A stretch of DNA of 63,348 bases, filler included, from Salisapilia sapeloensis CBS 127946 (Eukaryota; Protista; Oomycota), in assembly GCA_023334545.1 (NCBI GenBank). It is 12 parts of 12 records of this genome, joined end to end, with 100 filler letters (N's around TTAATTAATTAA, not from the genome) between each part and the next. Parts side by side here need not be neighbours in the genome. Positions count along the whole stretch, not along the records: positions 58,189 to 60,110 come from JAADVB010001006.1; positions 60,211 to 61,253 come from JAADVB010001341.1; positions 61,354 to 63,348 come from JAADVB010000992.1; 9 more parts are not named here. One strand, 5' to 3'. Positions 58,641 to 63,348 of this stretch are shown piece by piece; the first letter of the stretch is position 1, and every line of letters starts with the position of its first letter. A model generated the notes under the pieces. That model had not been told where the DNA came from. It saw only the letters and a list, made by a program, of their open reading frames with translations, and searched no databases. A program made the position numbers and the translations under genes.

Positions 58641-59396
58641 ACATATACATATTGTTTACACACATATACAATCAAACAAAACATACCTTGGCAACATGTA
58701 TCATTGACCGTAGGTATTCGGGAAAGAAAGCAGTCGACTGCCCTGCATGTTATCAAGGACTGGTTGCTACTGCATGCACTTTGCACAAACGTAGCCATCA
58801 GTCTATCTCGGACCACCACGAGATTGCAGACTTGGTGCACCTACTTGCACGGGAGATGGCATGCTCGTACGCCCCAGCGAGATACTCCACGGTACATCAA
58901 GGTGTTCGAGTAAATATTGCCCACCTAGTTTGCTGTGGGTTTGTAGATGTACATGTAGCTCGAAGCAGGTATTGGGAGGCTCCTCCTACAACTATCTTCT
59001 GCACCTTGCACTGCTTCGGAGCGTGCTCATGTGCAGACTAGTTGTACGCAGCCAGCATATTTTACACGTAGCTTACCGGTCCATCTACAATGCAAGACAG
59101 AATCTAGACAGACTAGCCTAGGCGTATGTGGCAAGTGCTCGTTTTTCTTTGCTAGGTTTCCAGTGTAGTATGAAAGCAACTTGATGCGGTTTCCTGCTTG
59201 GTTCATTTGGTGTAACAATACACGTGATGCATCTTCTTCGCGGCAAATAATAAATTGTGGCGCATTTCATAGCAGTCTTCCATTCAAGTACTATCGGCGT
59301 CCTCGGCAAAACGACAACAGACCTTGCATCCTTTTCATGCCATGCGTGATAGACTGACAGGCATGGAAGAGGTGTAGCGTAAAAAACGAAAAAGAA

Positions 59397-59469
59397 AGTC
59401 CTCGACGGGATTCGAACCCGCAATCTCCCGCTTCGTAGGCGGATGCCTTATCCGTTGGGCCACGAAGAC
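59397..59469 (-). tRNA. tRNA-Arg(ACG), copy 2
   Basis: Identical to copy 1, offset by 869 bp; T-rich terminator. Confidence 0.95.
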
Positions 59470-60110
59470 TCGTTATACATTTATACGCATGTGTACTATA
59501 AAATGCTACATCACTCGCAAGTGGCTAATTCATCCCACTCACTACACCTCGCTGCAACATGGCGTCTTGCATCTACACACCAAACATACTTGCGCACCAA
59601 AACGCACCCACGTGCCCGCCGTGAGATACACCCGACAGAGAAACATCATTAACTCCAAAGCTCCCGAACACGGGCAGAGTGCGCACTACGCCATGCTACA
59701 AATTGATACTTTGAAAGGATTACAATGTACAAGAAAAATACGGACAACGCTCTGCCAGTACGAGATCGATAGGCATGGCGCTATGCTCGACTAAAGGTTT
59801 CGGATTACTGTCAGACCCGCATGCAGACTACATGACTGTATAGATATTGCTGGTCATCGTAATGATGCCGATAAACACGTACTTGGAAGTGACGAGAAAG
59901 CTACGGATTCTGCGCTGGAAGGATACCGATTGAGCGATTAAACTGTCGAAGTGGCTACAGTCAAGGAGTCTAGATATGGAGTTGCTAATAATTTATAATT
60001 TTCACCGACTGTACATGTTTTTGAGCAGAAATCGACGGAGTCGAAACGTTGTGAGCATTAAATGAAAGAATCCTACTTTATGGTGGCAGGATGTGCTATC
60101 GTTGAAGGCT

Positions 60111-60210
60111 NNNNNNNNNNNNNNNNNNNNNNNNNNNNNNNNNNNNNNNNNNNNTTAATTAATTAANNNNNNNNNNNNNNNNNNNNNNNNNNNNNNNNNN
60201 NNNNNNNNNN
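60111..60210. other. Artificial contig spacer
   Basis: 44 N + TTAATTAATTAA + 44 N. Confidence 0.97.
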
Positions 60211-61253
60211 AACTGGATGTCCGGACGTGGCGACGTGGAGGACGAGACGTACGACATCGACGAAGATGTCCGGAAGGAAGCCGAGAAAGTCAGCTCGGGG
60301 AGAGCCGACGACGACATGATCGTCCTCAAGGGAATCCGCAAGGTGTACAAGGGAGGCAAGTCGGCCGTCCGCAACCTGACCTTCAGCCTCAAGAAGGGCG
60401 AGTGCTTCGGCTTCCTCGGCATCAACGGAGCAGGCAAGACGTCCACGATGAAGATGCTCACGGGAGACGTCCTGCCCACACACGGCAATGCGACGCTCGG
60501 AGGCTTCGACATCATGACGCAGCAGATCGAGGTCCGCCGCCTCATCGGCTACTGCCCCCAGTTCGACGCCCTCTTCGACCTCATGACCGTCAAGGAGCAC
60601 CTGGAGCTCTTCGCCCAGATCAAGGGCGTGCCGTCCGCCAGCCTCGACGCCGTCGTCCAGAACAAGATCAAGCAGCTCAACCTCGAGGCCTTCGCCGACA
60701 AGCTCGCCGGTAGTCTCAGCGGCGGCAACAAGCGCAAGCTCAGCGTCGCCATCGCCATGATCGGAGACCCGCAAATCATCTTTTTGGACGAACCCTCCAC
60801 CGGCATGGACCCCGTCTCCCGCCGATTCATGTGGGACGTCATCACCGGCATCTCCACCAGGAGCAAGTCGGCCACCATCGTCCTCACGACGCACTCGATG
60901 GAGGAGTGCGAGGCCCTCTGCTCCAAGGTCGGCATCATGGTCGGCGGCCGCCTCCGCTGTCTCGGCAGCGTCCAGCACCTCAAGAGTCGATTCGGCGACG
61001 GACTCATGGTCGACATCAAGATGGCGGCCACCACCGGCGGAGACCTCGACCACATCGACGACGTCCAGAAGAGCGCCACGATCACCAAGGACGAGATACG
61101 CGGCAAGTGCTCCCACTTTGGACACGAAGAGTACGCCGAACGACTCACGTCGACGCACGCCACCGGCTACAACTTGGCGGCGGCTCTGGAACGAGACGGA
61201 TACGTCCGCGCGAGAGCCTTCTACTCGTGGTGCATCGAAGAGACGCGCTTCGA
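60211..61253 (+). CDS. ABCA-family transporter, nucleotide-binding domain (internal fragment)
   Basis: GECFGFLGINGAGKT (Walker A), GYCPQFDAL, LSGGNKRKL (signature), IFLDEPSTGMDP (Walker B), TTHSMEECEALC, GSVQHLKSRFG; open at both contig ends. Confidence 0.93.
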
Positions 61254-61353
61254 NNNNNNNNNNNNNNNNNNNNNNNNNNNNNNNNNNNNNNNNNNNNTTA
61301 ATTAATTAANNNNNNNNNNNNNNNNNNNNNNNNNNNNNNNNNNNNNNNNNNNN
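61254..61353. other. Artificial contig spacer
   Basis: 44 N + TTAATTAATTAA + 44 N. Confidence 0.97.
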
Positions 61354-61493
61354 CGAGGTACTGATTGATCAAACTTTTGATAATGTCTGAGTGCTTCATG
61401 AACGAGTATCATCGCGATGCGCTTGCAGTCAGCCTTTTTTGCCTCCGAGAGGGAGAAGCCTTGGTATGCGTCCGCTGTCCACTGTGTCGTCAT
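61354..61493 (-). CDS. N-terminus of a gene resembling oomycete START-like/FYVE family proteins (cut by contig end)
   Basis: MTTQWTADAYQGFSLSEAKKADCKRIAMILVHEALRHYQKFD resembles the F..L.LS......L...LV...L..Y..F N-terminus of that family; family call is tentative. Confidence 0.45.
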
Positions 61494-63311
61494 GCCTTTG
61501 ATGTCGGTGCTATCGTGCGAAATTGGAAATGCCATGAAAGAACATTAATAATTTCCGAGGTGGAGACGATACTGCGGGAAGCATGTATGGCGTGCTTAGT
61601 ACACCGCCGTGTGTCTTGTATGATTTGCCTTACGCTAGGTAGTGTAACATACCTTGGGCAAAAGCCAAAATATAGCCAAAGTATTCAAAAGATCAATCTA
61701 GAGCTTACTCTGTTTGTATTCAAACAGCACTTGTGCGAACAATACAGATGACGTGCAGAAAGCTGGTGCTACGGAGTTACGTTAGATGATAATTCCACAT
61801 ACCGAGGACACAACATTCCGTTATGCTGGTCACTTAATACTCTTCTGTTTTTCAATTGCAATTGCCTTGGTAACTACCGACGGAATAGGATCAAATACCA
61901 ATCTTCTCAAGCTCCCGAGAGTGAGTGGGTGTGCTTTTGGATTGTTTACATTTACCTGATGCTTGTACAGTGCTGAAGCTGGAAATGGTATGAAGAAAGC
62001 TAAATGGGTGTAAAAAACGGTATTAGCAGTAAGAAAGTCTTAAACGGACGGACTCTTCATCTTGCCACCAAATAGAGGTGAATGATTATACAGCCATGGT
62101 GATTGCTAATTAAATGGACCAGGTCTCGGTTCAGGGCAGGTTAACGTGCTGATGTCCAGGCTATTGGAGCACCAGTGGCACTGAACCCGCGGGACCAAAC
62201 ACCTTACTTCATTGAAAATAGCTTTTATTTCTTCCTCCACATTTTTGTGGAAAATGGTTTAGTTTGAATTTGTCAAGCTCTTTAGAGTTCTACTGGACCC
62301 GCCCGCGAGCGCGGTTTTAATAAGTATGTATATCACTCATGGGTGATCCTATTCCTTCCTTCGCATGCAGACTGTCGTTGTGTGCTCAAGCAGTAAGTAT
62401 ATCGAATATCGCGCCATGTCTATCTGTAGATCGTTGATGTCATGGATCTTTTTACGCTGCGCTTCAAGGATGATCTAGCATCAATCTTCCTGTCGTTCCC
62501 TGGTATACTGTTAGCAGATACTGTCCTAATCCACGATACTATGAGTGTTTTAAATGCCCTGGCTTTATATTTCCACTGATCCGAAATAAGCTGCAATACC
62601 AGTAATCTAGATATACCACTACATACTCCCATTTTGTCATTTTGCCTCGGCTTCATTTCCCTCGAAAGTTACAAAGACGGTCGCAGTTGTAGAAAAGGAG
62701 AGCACGCAGTGACTGGCATGATGTAAGTCGTATACTCGACGTCTGGGTCAACTATTATCAGCAGTCACTACAAGGAAGACGAGAAGCGTTTTTACTAACC
62801 TCGAAAGCTGCAAAAGTGCCCGCAAGCAGAGAGCAAGAGGGCACCAAGTGGTCTGCATGGTAGGACGTGGTTTGCTTATCACCTAGTGCAATCATTTATC
62901 GCACCTTTTATCTTACTATTCCTCCATTTCACCACGGTCACTTTCATATTTTTTTAAGTAGTTGAACTCAGTTTTGGAAGGTTTTGAAGGTAGAAGCAAA
63001 GTAGGATAGACAGCTCAAACAAGGCTATCTTGATATGAGAAAGAATAGACATCGCTTACCCAGGCGCTCACCTAGCAGATACAACGTAAGATTGCGATTG
63101 AGCCCTCACAAGCCTACGAATTTTAGCTGCATAGGTCACGTTTCTGTTCGAGCGGTGTTACAGTACCTAGCACAAGTCGACCCAAACGCGACAGAAGGGA
63201 CGGTACATGAAGCACGCCAGACATGCTTCCCGCAGTATCGTCTCCATATTGAGAATTGAACGAGCATTTAGACCTCATTCATAGATTTGCACATCGACAC
63301 TACATCAAAGA

Positions 63312-63348
63312 CATGACGACACAGTGGACAGCGGACGCATACCAAGGC
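63312..63348 (+). repeat. Inverted copy of 61458-61494; start of an identical second gene copy (ATG 63313)
   Basis: 37 visible bp are the exact reverse complement of 61458-61494 and encode MTTQWTADAYQG; runs off the window end. Confidence 0.85.

Noticed and set aside
60211-61253. High-GC ABCA contig as contamination or horizontal transfer
   Set aside because: ABCA genes are common in oomycetes and other genes here also show high GC3; coverage and best-hit checks would be needed to claim foreign origin.
3986-61353. Recurrent TTAATTAATTAA motif as a biological repeat or CRISPR-like array
   Set aside because: It is always centred in exactly 44+44 N and puts stops in all six frames; this is a contig-joining linker.
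62115-62200. GGTTCAG...CTGAACC inverted pair as a structured ncRNA
   Set aside because: Short arms, no snRNA, snoRNA or SRP hallmark recognised.
62285-62320. GC-rich CCGC-GAGC-GCGG hairpin as a second Helitron end
   Set aside because: Stem is only about 4 bp and the minus strand ends in GTAG rather than CTAG.

Overview
This is eukaryotic DNA, most likely an oomycete, judged from gene content (KRE6/SKN1-like GH16, MtN3/SWEET, membrane-anchored GH1, CYP86/704-like P450s, acetate kinase, CEP95) and ten short GT-AG introns of 53-64 nt. The window is not contiguous: 12 contigs are joined by 11 identical artificial 100-bp spacers (44 N + TTAATTAATTAA + 44 N), so adjacency across spacers is unproven. 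About 20 intact or partial protein-coding genes sit in GC-richer blocks, most in the 30-kb contig 25404-55743. Also present are two identical tRNA-Arg(ACG) genes, decayed L1-like retrotransposon pieces (ORF1 with CCHC knuckle and OTU-like protease; ORF2 3' end with archaeal-type RNase H), a Helitron 3' end and an ankyrin pseudogene. Main leads: (1) a secreted protein with a possible N-terminal histidine-brace (LPMO-like) site; (2) a PH/coiled-coil/EF-hand/pyrophosphatase fusion; (3) two contigs bounded by exact 141-bp inverted repeats and a third with the same pattern cut off by the window end, two of them carrying inverted paralog pairs (one bZIP-like copy has ACG where its twin has ATG); (4) a P450 lacking the I-helix acidic residue; (5) an acetate kinase with a mitochondrial-type presequence. 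All family assignments come from motif recognition, not database searches.
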